From: Nitrospirota bacterium
Lineage (GTDB): Bacteria; Nitrospirota; JACRHJ01
Reading direction: 5' to 3'
DNA length: 64,000 nucleotides
Assembly (NCBI GenBank): GCA_016212105.1
Contig: JACRHJ010000046.1
Coordinates: 30,136-94,135 of the forward strand
Shown: positions 27,904-38,700 of the stretch, in pieces
Layout of the letters: each line of letters begins with the position of its first letter
Position numbering within the stretch: the first letter of the stretch is position 1
Notes under the pieces: model-generated
Told to the model about the DNA's origin: nothing
Database searches by the model: none
What the model saw: only the letters and a program-made list of their open reading frames with translations
Program-made: the position numbers and the translations under genes

Positions 27904-29493
27904 GTGAGAAAACTTCATAAAAACGCCAATAAAACCTATTGGCTGTACCTCCTTCTGGTGATATTCGCGGCCGCGCTGGTCGCACCGGACCAGGCCTTTG
28001 CGGCGCCTATCGGCTGCGGAGGCTGTCACAGCACTCCTCCGTCGGATACGGACAGCGAGGGTTGTCTCGTCGAGACCGCCAAGAGCCATCTGGCTCACTC
28101 AAGCGCGGACACCTCCACATGTCTCAGATGCCACCCGGCCCCCGGCACGGTGCACGCGCCCGGCGGCAGGCATTACGACGGCCTGGTCAACGTCACCTCG
28201 CTGCCCGGACTTGGAATGAACTACACCAAGGCGGACTCGACCTGCACGAGCGTCTGCCACAAGAACGAGAACTCATACGTCTGGGGCGGAAGTCTTGACT
28301 GCAACTCCTGCCACTTCAGGAGCGGCGCGCAGGGCAACTACATCATGTCCGGACAGCACATGGCGTCGGACCGGAGTTTCCGGCATTTCAGCTCCCCCAT
28401 AAAGGTCACTGACAACACGAAGACCATTACGTGCGCCAACTGCCACCCTGTAAACGGGGGCGACAACACCGCGCCGCGAAGCCATATCAACTCGGCCAGC
28501 TTCGACAAGAAGGCCGACATGTCGGAGGCGCACACCTACGTCAACGTATCCGGCGTGGGCATCGTAAAGGGCGCGACGGCGGCGGACGCGACCTGCTCGA
28601 ACTCCTGCCACTACAACGGCACGGATACGTTTGGGCTGCTGACGACGTACTTCAGGCCCGGCCAGAAGGTCCGGTTCGGCCCGTACCAGAGTTCGAACTG
28701 GGGCTCGGAAGACCTCAACTGCAACGAGTGCCACAGCTCCCCGAGCCAGAGCGCGAGCTTCGGCGGGTCGAGCAGCGTGAACGCCGACAAGCACCATACG
28801 TCCCACATGTTCAAGTACAAGCTGGCCGCCGGCAGGTACGCGAACGACGACAAGAACATATACTGCTACGACTGCCACCGCCTCCCCGACATGTCAGGGA
28901 CCCGCGGGTTCAAGGGGCACTCCACGACAGGTCAGGGCGGGAGCGGTATGATATCCCTGCCAGTGAAGTCCGGAAACGCCAAGGTGAACATCGCGTGGCG
29001 CAACGGCAACGTCGGCCACGACGGCATCAACCCGCCCGCGTACGACAAGGACGCAAGGACCTGCGACAACGTGTACTGCCACACCGCCATATCTTCCGCG
29101 ACCTGGACCGACAGGGCCTGCGACGACTGCCACGGCGTCCGGGGCGGCGTCCTGACCGGCTCCGGCGCCCCCGGCTACAGGAACTGGACCACCCCGGCCA
29201 CGTACCCCGAGTTCCAGGAGTACGCGGGCGGCGGCGGCGCACACTACCTGCACGTCTTCGGACGCGGGTACACCTGCAACACCTGCCACAGCAGCGGCGG
29301 CAAGGACGGCAACCCCGCCAACCACAACCAGGGCGCGGGTACGGTCATCAGGGCCAACGTGAACGTCGGCATGGAGACCGCGTACTGGTTCAACGGCGTT
29401 CCTTCTTCGTACGATACAGCTACCAGGACCTGCCTGAGCGTCAACTGCCATTACGGGACGTCGAGGAGCTGGGACTGCGAGCCGCTTCATTAA
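27904..29493 (+). CDS. Secreted multiheme c-type cytochrome, CxxxxCH/CxxCH family (12 motifs)
   Basis: Probable GTG start after GAGG; signal peptide ending AFA; 8 CxxCH, 2 Cx3CH, 2 Cx4CH (hand count). Confidence 0.88.
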   Translation: MRKLHKNANKTYWLYLLLVIFAAALVAPDQAFAAPIGCGGCHSTPPSDTDSEGCLVETAKSHLAHSSADTSTCLRCHPAPGTVHAPGGRHYDGLVNVTSLPGLGMNYTKADSTCTSVCHKNENSYVWGGSLDCNSCHFRSGAQGNYIMSGQHMASDRSFRHFSSPIKVTDNTKTITCANCHPVNGGDNTAPRSHINSASFDKKADMSEAHTYVNVSGVGIVKGATAADATCSNSCHYNGTDTFGLLTTYFRPGQKVRFGPYQSSNWGSEDLNCNECHSSPSQSASFGGSSSVNADKHHTSHMFKYKLAAGRYANDDKNIYCYDCHRLPDMSGTRGFKGHSTTGQGGSGMISLPVKSGNAKVNIAWRNGNVGHDGINPPAYDKDARTCDNVYCHTAISSATWTDRACDDCHGVRGGVLTGSGAPGYRNWTTPATYPEFQEYAGGGGAHYLHVFGRGYTCNTCHSSGGKDGNPANHNQGAGTVIRANVNVGMETAYWFNGVPSSYDTATRTCLSVNCHYGTSRSWDCEPLH

Positions 29494-29578
29494 GACAGGC
29501 GATAAAGGATTACGAGATATACGGAACTGAACTTTCTGAGTTTTGAAGTTAACTTGTTAAGAGGCGAGGGAGGCTGGG

Positions 29579-32500
29579 ATGGAAAAGAGAAGGCGGACCG
29601 GAGTTGCTTCGGGCTGGATGTTGATGCTGGCATTCGTGGTTAGCATGTTCATCCCGGCCGTGGCGCACGCGACCAAGGCCACCAACCCGGGCACGGTGAC
29701 GTGCACCCAGAACGGGAGCGCGATAGACGTCGTCGCCACGTTCACGATAGTCAACTGCGCCGGTGGCGACACGAACCTGCCCCAGTTCTATGTGGAGTGG
29801 GACATAGACCCGGACGGCGGCGGCGCCGGCGTGCCGGACTGGACGGGCACGGGTTACGGCAACAGCGGGAGCTACGCCACGGACAACACCACGCCGTACA
29901 ACTACACGACGCCCGCACTCACGTTGGGCAACAGCTATGCCGTCAGGGTCACCTATCAGGACTTGGACGGCATCGGCGTCACGTGCGGCGGCGCCACCAC
30001 GCAGGTGGTCAACGGCAACAACGTCCAGCTCGGCAACAACTCGACCACGACCGGCTCGCTCAGCTCCCCGTCGCAGACCATGAACTCGGTGGACCTGGAG
30101 GCGACGTACACAAACGACGACAACAACAGTAACACTGCCGTCTTCGAGTACCAGCACCCGGTCAACGGCTGGACGACCATCAGCGGCCCCAGCGTGACGA
30201 GGGGGACGAAGACCTGGTCGGTGTCGGCCACCGGCCTGGACCCCGGCACGTCTTACAACTTCAGGGTGACATTCTCTGACGGCGACACGGTCAGCGGCAC
30301 GAACCCGGTAACCGGCAGCTACTCCACCATGGTCTTCTGCAGCAGCACGGTCACCGGCTGCACCGACTGCCACACTATGCCGCCGTCCGCCGGCGACCAC
30401 GAGATCAGCGCCCACAAAGGCGCGGGCGCCCGCGACGACTGCGCGGTCTGCCACTACAACTACGCCGCGATGACCAACGTGACATCGGCGTCGAGGTGGC
30501 TGACCGGCCATTCGAACCTTACTATGGACATATACACCTCCAACCACGTTGCGAACAAGGTCTTCTCCGCCCCGTACGACAAGGGCATCAAGGGCGGCTA
30601 CTACAAGGGCTACAGGAACTCTTCCACCTTGTGGGAAGACAAAACGCCCAACGCAAACAACGTCTGCGCCGCTACGTACTGCCACGGCGCGGGCGACTCG
30701 CCCGTTTGGGGCGTCGGCACGGCTTCCTGCGGAAGCTGCCACGGCGTGTCCACACCGCCGGCCGGAGGCAAGCACGGCTCCCACACCAACGGCTACGTCG
30801 GGTACAAGGACAGCTCCAACGCGACGACATACAACTTCGGCTGCTACAAGTGCCACGACGAAGGGACGGTAGGCCACTCGTCCGGGCCGAGCAGTGCCAA
30901 CCAGGCGGCGGCCGTCGGCTTCGACAACCGCACCGCCCCGTTCAACCCCTCGGGCAGCTACACCCCGGGCGGCTCGACGGCCGGCACGGACGGCACGTTC
31001 AACTGGACCAACGGCACATGCGCGAGCCTTTACTGCCACTCAGACGGCAAGGGCGGCTACACCAACCCGACCTGGAACGGCACGCTTGCCGCCAACTGCC
31101 TCGGCTGCCACAAGAACAACAAGGCATCCGGCGGCGGCAACATCATGGCCACCGGCAAGCACACGGAGCACGTTAACAACGCGGACGCGAACCTTGCCAC
31201 GTACGGCTGCGTGAAATGTCACAACGCGACAGTCAGCGCGGACAGGACGCTCTCCGACAAGTCCAAGCACGTGGACGGGACCCCGAACGTCGCCTTCGAC
31301 ACGCTCAACCCGTCCGGCTCATACTCGAGCCCGGACTGCTCGACGGCCTACTGCCACAGCACCGGCCAGTCCACGCCTTCCTACCAGACCCCTGACTGGA
31401 ACACGGGCGCGGCCCTCACATGCGACGGCTGCCACGGCGTCGAGGGCGTCGCGCTTTCGGCCGGCGCTCCGGAATACGCGAACGCCTCCACTAGCAACAG
31501 GAACACGTTCAACAGCCACGACAAGCACGCGCTTGCCGACGCGGACTGCGTGAACTGCCACGGCCAGACCGTGGACGGGGCCAAGGCCATAGTCGCCTCC
31601 TCCCGTCACATCGACACGTTCAGGAACGTAAGCTTCGCCAAGGGCGGCACGTACAACACCACGCTCAAGCGCTGCGACAACACCGACTGCCACGGCACGA
31701 CCGAGATGCGCTGGGGCGGGTCGCTCCCGGCAAGCTGCCAGAGCTGCCACAGCGACATGGGCGCGGGCACGAACGGTTCGCACGGCAATACGGGCAAGCA
31801 CGACAGGCACACAAACGCGTACGGCTACGCCTGCGAGGTATGCCACGCCACGAAGAACGCCACCGGAAACACCAGCCATGCGGGCGGCGACGTATCGTCA
31901 AAGCACGCGGCACAGGTGTTCTTCAACAGGTCCGCGACGGTCTGGACCGCCATACAGTACGGCGGCGGCGGTTCGAGCTTCAAGTACCTCCAGATGGACA
32001 GCGCGTTCGGCCTCTCGGGCATCGCGCCAATCTACAAGCCGGCGACCACCGCTTCCGCACAGTCGGACCCGATAAGCCTCAACAGGAAGTGGACCGAGGG
32101 CCGCTGCGAGAACGTCTGGTGCCACTCGAACGCGAACCCGATGGGCGGCGCGATGCAGTACGCGCAGTTCGCCAACTGGTCGGCCTCCGAGGCGACAACA
32201 TGCACGTCCTGCCACGGCGGGCCCGGGACATACGCCGCCGTGTCGCTGTCCGCGAAGCACAAGATGCACGCGGGCACGGACAGGTACTCGTACGCATGCA
32301 GCGAGTGCCATAACGCGACGGTCGGCTCCGGCAACTCGCCGGTCACCGACCTGACGAAGCATGTCAACGCGGTCAAGGACGTTGGCTTCGACGGCACCAA
32401 CGTCAGCGGCTCCTACACAGGCCCGAACTGCTCCACCCTTTACTGCCACGGCGACGGAAACGGCGGCACCGGCGGCGCTGCCTGGAACGGCGCGGCCACG

Positions 32501-35500
32501 ACCTGCACGAGCTGCCATGCCTACTCGGCCCTTGCCACGAGCAAGCACGACGAGCATCTGGCGGGCGGCAACCTCGCCTCCTTCAGGTGCGGTGACTGCC
32601 ACAAGGTCACAGTGCAGACCAACAATACGACGATCAACTATGCACTGGGCAAGCACGTCAACAGCACCAAGGACGTCTCGTTCAAGGCGATGGGCAGCTA
32701 CACCGGCTTCTACACGGCGTCAAGGACCTGCCGGAACTCCTACTGCCACAGCTCGGGCCAGGCCACTCCGAGCTTCCGCACGGCGGCCGACTGGTCGGGC
32801 GCCACTGCATACGGCTGCGCCTCCTGCCACGGCGCTGACTCGGCATTCCTCGCGCCGTCCGGCGAGCCAAACTACGCAAACGTCTCTACGGCCACCAGGA
32901 ACGCGTTCAACAGCCACAGCTCCCACGTAACCGCGTCCACGGACTGCGCCAGGTGCCACAACACCACGGTCGACGCCTCGCAGGCAGTACTCGCGGGCGG
33001 CAAGCACCTTGACACGGCGCGCGACGTATCGTTCGCCAAGGGCGGCACGTACAACAACACGAGCAAGCGCTGCAACAACACCGACTGCCACGGCACGACG
33101 CAGATGCGCTGGGGCGGCAGGCTTCCGAAGAACTGCCAGTCCTGCCACTCCGACATGGGCTCGGGCACGTACGCGAACCACAGCTCGACCGGCAAGCACG
33201 GCAAGCACGTGGCGACTTACGGCTACGCCTGCGAGGTCTGCCACGCGACCAAGAACGCATCCGTCAACACCAGCCATGCGGGCGGCGACGTCTCGTCCAA
33301 ACATGCGGCGCAGGTGTTCTTCAACACATCCGCCACGGTATGGGCGAACGTCACTTACGGCGGTGGCGGCGCGTCGCTCAAGTACAGGCAGATGGACGGC
33401 GCATACGGCCAGAACGGCATAGCCCCGGTCTACACCCCGTGGACGACCACCACGGCGCTCTCCGACCCGCTCAGCCCGAACCGCAAGTACACCCAGGGCC
33501 GCTGCGACAACATATGGTGCCACTCCAACGCGAAACCGCTGGGCGGCGTCATAACCTACGCGAAGTTCGCCAACTGGTCGACGGGCGAGACCGCGACATG
33601 CACCTCCTGCCATGGTGGGGCTGGCACGTTTGCGAACGTAACGCTTTCCGACGCGCACAAGAAGCATGTCGGTACGGACCGCTACGGCTACACCTGCAGC
33701 GAGTGCCACAACGCAACCGTCTCGGCGGGCAACTCGCCGGTAACGGACTACAGCAAGCACGTCAACGCGGCCAAGGAAGTGGGCTTCGACGGGACCAACC
33801 CGGCCGGCACGTACACCAGCCCGAGCTGCGCGAACCTCGCCTGCCACGGTAACGGAAACGGCGGCACCGGCTCCTATGCATGGAACGGCGCCGCGACAAC
33901 ATGCGCGAGCTGCCACAACTACACCGTTGGCTCGGGCTCGCCGATTACGACCGGCGCACACGGCACGCACATCAACCAGGGCAACCTCGGCGTGTCCAAG
34001 TGCGTAGACTGCCACAAGCTGACGGTGCTGAACAACAACACCACGATCCAGTACTCGACCGGCAACCACGTAAACCAGGTCAAGACGGTGTCGATGAAGA
34101 GCTTTAACTCCTACACCGGCTTCTACACAGCATCGAACACCTGCCGGAACGCGTACTGCCACAGCTCCGGCCAGTTCGTACCGGCCTTCGTCACGACCCC
34201 GGTCTGGGCCTCCGGCAGCCTCACCTGCGACGGCTGCCACGGCGCCGAGGGTGCGACGCTCGTTGCCGGCTCGCCGGAGTACGCGAACGTGTCCACGACC
34301 AACAGGAACACGTTCAACGGACACGCGGTAAGCGGGCACGTCGGCGCGGCAACCGACTGCATCAAGTGCCACAACTCCACCGTCGACGCCGCGGGCGCGA
34401 TAAAGGCCGGCTCCCTGCACCTCGACGGTTCGAGGAACGTGAGCTTCCAGCTCGGCGGCAGCTACGACAGCACGAACAAGCGCTGCAGCAACACCGACGC
34501 AGGGTGCCACGGCACGACGACCATGCGCTGGGGCGGCTCGGGCACCTGCTCAACCTGCCACCAGGTGACTACGGCCGAGGACGACGACTATACATACGGT
34601 TCTCTGCCGAAGGCGACAGTGAACTTCTACGAGTACACCTCGGTCGGCCACGGCAAGAAGGGCGCGTACAGGTACACCGGCAACACCGGCGCGGACCTGG
34701 CCTGCACCTCGTGCCACAGCATGACGACACCGCACAACGCGGCTACCAACCCGTTCAGGCTGATATCCTCGGCGACCATCAAGCCGAGCCAGCCGAACAC
34801 GCTGTGCGCGTCCTGCCACGGGACGGTGGGCAACCACGACTTCGCGCACGTCGCGCAGGGCACCTGGTCCTGGACGCCGAAGTGCGTAGACTGCCACGAC
34901 CCGCACGGCGACAACGGCGGCGTGACGACCACGGAGAGAAACGGCGCGATGGTGCAGAAGCAGGTGTCCTACACCGCGTCCAACACCTACGGCGTGCCGG
35001 GCACCACCGAGGCCGTAGACTTCCCGGCCAACTACGCCCGCGCAAAGAGCCTCGCGGCTTTCAACTGGTCGAGCTTCGTGGTCAACACCGGCCAGGCCAA
35101 CAAGGGCATATGCCGCGTCTGCCATACGCAGGCGAGCACGAACTACTTCACGAGGACCGTGTCCAGCTCTACCCATGAGATCGGCTCGGCCTGCATAACC
35201 TGCCATTCGCACCCGGCAGGGTTCCAGCCGCCGGCCTGCGACAGCTGCCACGGCAACCCGCCGAACACCGGCGACGCGAAGACCGACACGCAGGGCGCGG
35301 TCGGCGCGCACGCCAAGCACGTGAACAGGGGCATGAGCTGCTACGACTGCCACAAGTCGAACCAGCACAACCAGTCCGGCGTCTCCAGCGGGTACTCCGG
35401 CGCGCTCACCCCGGGCTTCGTGAACATGAGCGTCGCATACACGTTCAAGTTCAACGGCAGCCTGCCGAACTACAACGGTACGCCGGGCGGCTGGAGCACG

Positions 35501-35563
35501 AGCAAGACCTGCAGCAACGTAAACTGCCATTACGGCGAGTCGAAGGACTGGAGCTGCCAGTAA
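29579..35563 (+). CDS. Giant secreted multiheme cytochrome (about 45 motifs) with N-terminal FN3/Ig-like region
   Basis: Signal peptide ending AHA; TGLDPGTSYNFRVT FN3 signature; repeating CxxCH-CxxCH-Cx4CH triplets. Confidence 0.9.
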   Translation: MEKRRRTGVASGWMLMLAFVVSMFIPAVAHATKATNPGTVTCTQNGSAIDVVATFTIVNCAGGDTNLPQFYVEWDIDPDGGGAGVPDWTGTGYGNSGSYATDNTTPYNYTTPALTLGNSYAVRVTYQDLDGIGVTCGGATTQVVNGNNVQLGNNSTTTGSLSSPSQTMNSVDLEATYTNDDNNSNTAVFEYQHPVNGWTTISGPSVTRGTKTWSVSATGLDPGTSYNFRVTFSDGDTVSGTNPVTGSYSTMVFCSSTVTGCTDCHTMPPSAGDHEISAHKGAGARDDCAVCHYNYAAMTNVTSASRWLTGHSNLTMDIYTSNHVANKVFSAPYDKGIKGGYYKGYRNSSTLWEDKTPNANNVCAATYCHGAGDSPVWGVGTASCGSCHGVSTPPAGGKHGSHTNGYVGYKDSSNATTYNFGCYKCHDEGTVGHSSGPSSANQAAAVGFDNRTAPFNPSGSYTPGGSTAGTDGTFNWTNGTCASLYCHSDGKGGYTNPTWNGTLAANCLGCHKNNKASGGGNIMATGKHTEHVNNADANLATYGCVKCHNATVSADRTLSDKSKHVDGTPNVAFDTLNPSGSYSSPDCSTAYCHSTGQSTPSYQTPDWNTGAALTCDGCHGVEGVALSAGAPEYANASTSNRNTFNSHDKHALADADCVNCHGQTVDGAKAIVASSRHIDTFRNVSFAKGGTYNTTLKRCDNTDCHGTTEMRWGGSLPASCQSCHSDMGAGTNGSHGNTGKHDRHTNAYGYACEVCHATKNATGNTSHAGGDVSSKHAAQVFFNRSATVWTAIQYGGGGSSFKYLQMDSAFGLSGIAPIYKPATTASAQSDPISLNRKWTEGRCENVWCHSNANPMGGAMQYAQFANWSASEATTCTSCHGGPGTYAAVSLSAKHKMHAGTDRYSYACSECHNATVGSGNSPVTDLTKHVNAVKDVGFDGTNVSGSYTGPNCSTLYCHGDGNGGTGGAAWNGAATTCTSCHAYSALATSKHDEHLAGGNLASFRCGDCHKVTVQTNNTTINYALGKHVNSTKDVSFKAMGSYTGFYTASRTCRNSYCHSSGQATPSFRTAADWSGATAYGCASCHGADSAFLAPSGEPNYANVSTATRNAFNSHSSHVTASTDCARCHNTTVDASQAVLAGGKHLDTARDVSFAKGGTYNNTSKRCNNTDCHGTTQMRWGGRLPKNCQSCHSDMGSGTYANHSSTGKHGKHVATYGYACEVCHATKNASVNTSHAGGDVSSKHAAQVFFNTSATVWANVTYGGGGASLKYRQMDGAYGQNGIAPVYTPWTTTTALSDPLSPNRKYTQGRCDNIWCHSNAKPLGGVITYAKFANWSTGETATCTSCHGGAGTFANVTLSDAHKKHVGTDRYGYTCSECHNATVSAGNSPVTDYSKHVNAAKEVGFDGTNPAGTYTSPSCANLACHGNGNGGTGSYAWNGAATTCASCHNYTVGSGSPITTGAHGTHINQGNLGVSKCVDCHKLTVLNNNTTIQYSTGNHVNQVKTVSMKSFNSYTGFYTASNTCRNAYCHSSGQFVPAFVTTPVWASGSLTCDGCHGAEGATLVAGSPEYANVSTTNRNTFNGHAVSGHVGAATDCIKCHNSTVDAAGAIKAGSLHLDGSRNVSFQLGGSYDSTNKRCSNTDAGCHGTTTMRWGGSGTCSTCHQVTTAEDDDYTYGSLPKATVNFYEYTSVGHGKKGAYRYTGNTGADLACTSCHSMTTPHNAATNPFRLISSATIKPSQPNTLCASCHGTVGNHDFAHVAQGTWSWTPKCVDCHDPHGDNGGVTTTERNGAMVQKQVSYTASNTYGVPGTTEAVDFPANYARAKSLAAFNWSSFVVNTGQANKGICRVCHTQASTNYFTRTVSSSTHEIGSACITCHSHPAGFQPPACDSCHGNPPNTGDAKTDTQGAVGAHAKHVNRGMSCYDCHKSNQHNQSGVSSGYSGALTPGFVNMSVAYTFKFNGSLPNYNGTPGGWSTSKTCSNVNCHYGESKDWSCQ

Positions 35564-35577
35564 GTCGTAGGGAGAAC

Positions 35578-35607
35578 CCCCTGGAGGCCGGTAACGGCCT
35601 CCAGGGG
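35578..35607 (+). terminator. GC-rich hairpin after the cytochrome gene (terminator or stabiliser)
   Basis: CCCTGGAGGCCG-gtaa-CGGCCTCCAGGG; no clear U-tract. Confidence 0.5.
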
Positions 35608-35775
35608 TGAACTTATTCAGGTCTTGGGTATTGGCCGAAAATGTGCTATATTCGGCCTTGTCCCTAGCCCTGAAAAGTGCGGACGCGGGGAGAAACTCCG
35701 CGTCCTTCTGGTTGCGTTATTCAATACGAGACCTTATATTTAATAGATATAGATTTTCCGCACACGGAGGAACCG

Positions 35776-38700
35776 ATGAGGCGTATAGCTCTCGAAGGCA
35801 GTATCACATACATTGCCGCGCTGGCGGCGGCGCTGATAGTCATGTTGTCGCCAGGCTCCGCGCTTGCGGTCAAGTATTGGACCAATACCGGGACGGTCAC
35901 TGCTACGGCGAACGGCAATGCGATAAACGTCAGCGCGACCTACACCACAGGTGGCACAAGCTGCGGTAACGGCGGAGACACAGCGCCGACGTTCTTCGTG
36001 GAGTGGGACGTTACGCCCGCCGACTGGACGGGCGCGGGATACGGCTCGTCCGGCGGGTACAATGCGGACACGGGCGGGGTATCGCCTTACGCCTATACGA
36101 CGCCAAACCTCGCGGCCGGGACCTACGCGGTCAGGGTTACCTACGAAGACGCCAACGGTATAGCCTCCTGCGGCGGCGGCAACGTCGCGGTAAACGCCGG
36201 CTCCAACGTGACGCTGGTAGCGAACAACCTCACAGTGGGGACGAACTCCGCGGTAGTAAACTCGTCGACGCAGATAACCGCCTCGGCGACGTTCTCTGAC
36301 GACATCAACGGGAACAGCAACACCAGCTTCCGTTACAGCACGAACGCCGGCGGCCCCTGGACGGACAAGTGCCTGAGCGTTACAGGAAATTCGCCGCGTA
36401 CCTGCGTGATAGACGGCCTCTCCGCGAGCACGGACTACTACGTACAGGTAACGCATGCAGACGCGGACGGCGTGACCGGGACGAACCCGCAGGTCGTGGG
36501 CCCGTACACGACACAGTCCGCGGTCGCCTGCGACCCGCTGGTCAACGACTGCTCAGACTGCCACGCGGCCCCGCCTGCCGACTGGGACGGTATCAGCCCG
36601 AAGGCCGGTACCACCGGCCACAAGGGCGACCACGCAGTCCCCGCCCACACCTCGGACGGCGCGAGGGACAAGTGTGCGATATGCCACTTCAAGTATTCGG
36701 GCATGGTGAATGTCACATCGGCCGCGCGCTGGCCGGTGGGACATTTAAACGGCATACTGGACATATATACATCCAACCACGTGGCAAACAAGGTATTCTC
36801 CGCCCCGTACGACAAGGGCATCAAGGGCGGCTACTACAAGGGCTACAGGAACAGGTCAACCATATTCGAAGAAAAAGCCGCGAACGCCAACAACGCCTGC
36901 ACTGCGACGTACTGCCACGGCGCGGGCGACTCGCCCGTATGGGGGACAGGCACGGCCTCGTGCGGCAGCTGCCACTCGCTTCCGCCGTCCGCGGGCAAGC
37001 ACGCAACGCACAGCCAGGGACTCGTCGGGCACGGAAACGGCAACAGCGGCACGACTTACGACTTCGGCTGCTACAAATGCCACTCCAACACGTCGGGCCA
37101 CTCCGCCGGCCCGGTGAGCGCGAACCGCGCGGCGCTTGTGGACTTCAACAACCTCTCGTCGCCCGTGAACGCCTCCGGCTCCTACGTGGAAGGCGCGCTC
37201 GCGGGCACGGACGGGACGTTCAAATGGACGAACGGGACCTGCAACGGCCTTTACTGCCACTCGACCGGCAAGGGCGGCGCGCCCGGCACCACGGCCACCT
37301 GGAACGGCACGATGGCGGCGAACTGCGCGGGCTGCCACAGGGGCACTACGGCATCCGGAACGCCGATGAACTCGGGCAAGCACACCCAGCACATGACCTC
37401 CGGCGCGTACAACTACGCCTGCAACAAGTGCCACAACGACACGACCACCACCGGCACGACCGTGACTAATACCGCGTTCCACGTCAACTCCTCGATCGAC
37501 GTGAAGTTCGAGGGGCAGAACCCCACCGGCTCATATGCTGGCACGACATGTTCGAGCATGTCCTGCCACTCGGACGGCGCGGGCGGCACGGGAAGCGCGG
37601 ACTGGACCGGTGCCGCCATGACATGCACGTCGTGCCACAAGTTCAACAAGGCCGCGGCCCCCAACGACATCACAAGCGGGAAGCACACGCAGCACATAAA
37701 CAACGGCGACCTCGGCAAGATATCCTGCTCGCAGTGCCACAGGCTGACCGTCAGCGCGGGCGATTCGCCCGTCACCGGCTACTCAAGGCACGTGAACGCC
37801 GCCAAGGACGTCTATTTCAACGCGCTCAACACTTACACCGGCTTCTACACCGGCGCGTACACCTGCCGCAACAACTACTGCCACAGCTCGGGCCAGGCGA
37901 CCCCGACGTTCCGGACTGCTGACGCGTGGAACGGCGCGACGACGTACACGTGCAACGCGTGCCACGGCGCGGACAACTACTACACGGACGTGAACGGGTC
38001 TCCTGACTACCAGAACGTCTCGTCCTCGACGCGCAACAGCTTCAACGGGCATTACCTGCCCGGCCACGTAGCCGCGACCGGCGACTGCATCGACTGCCAC
38101 AGGACTGTCGTGAACAACTTCGGGAACCTGACGACCGGCACGGTGAAGCACATAGACGCCACGAGGGACGTTATGTTCAAGGGCGGCGGCTCATACGCCA
38201 ACAAGCGCTGCACGAACACGAACTGCCACGGGACGACTGCGGTGCGCTGGGGCGGCAAGCTTCCGAAGGACTGCCAGTCCTGCCACAGCGACCAGGGCGC
38301 GGGCTCGTATGCGAACCACAGCACGACCGGCAAGCACAGGAAGCACACTGATTCGGCGACCTACAACTACGCGTGCGAGGTATGCCACGCGCTCCTTAAC
38401 GCGAGCGGCAACACGGACCACGCGAAGGGCGACGTCGGCGCGAACCAGGCTGCGCAGATAGTGTTCCACAGCGCGACGACGGCATGGCGCACGAAGACCT
38501 ACGGCTCTGGCGGCGCCGCCAAGCGGTACGTCCAGATGGACAGCGCGCTTGGCGCGGCGCACAGCCCTGTATACGCGGCCGGCCCGGCCTCGGCGGGCTC
38601 CGACCCGGTGAACGTGAACCGCAAGTGGACTCAGGGCCGCTGCACTGCCATATGGTGCCACTCGAACGGCCAGAGCACGCCGACGTACGTTAACTTTGCT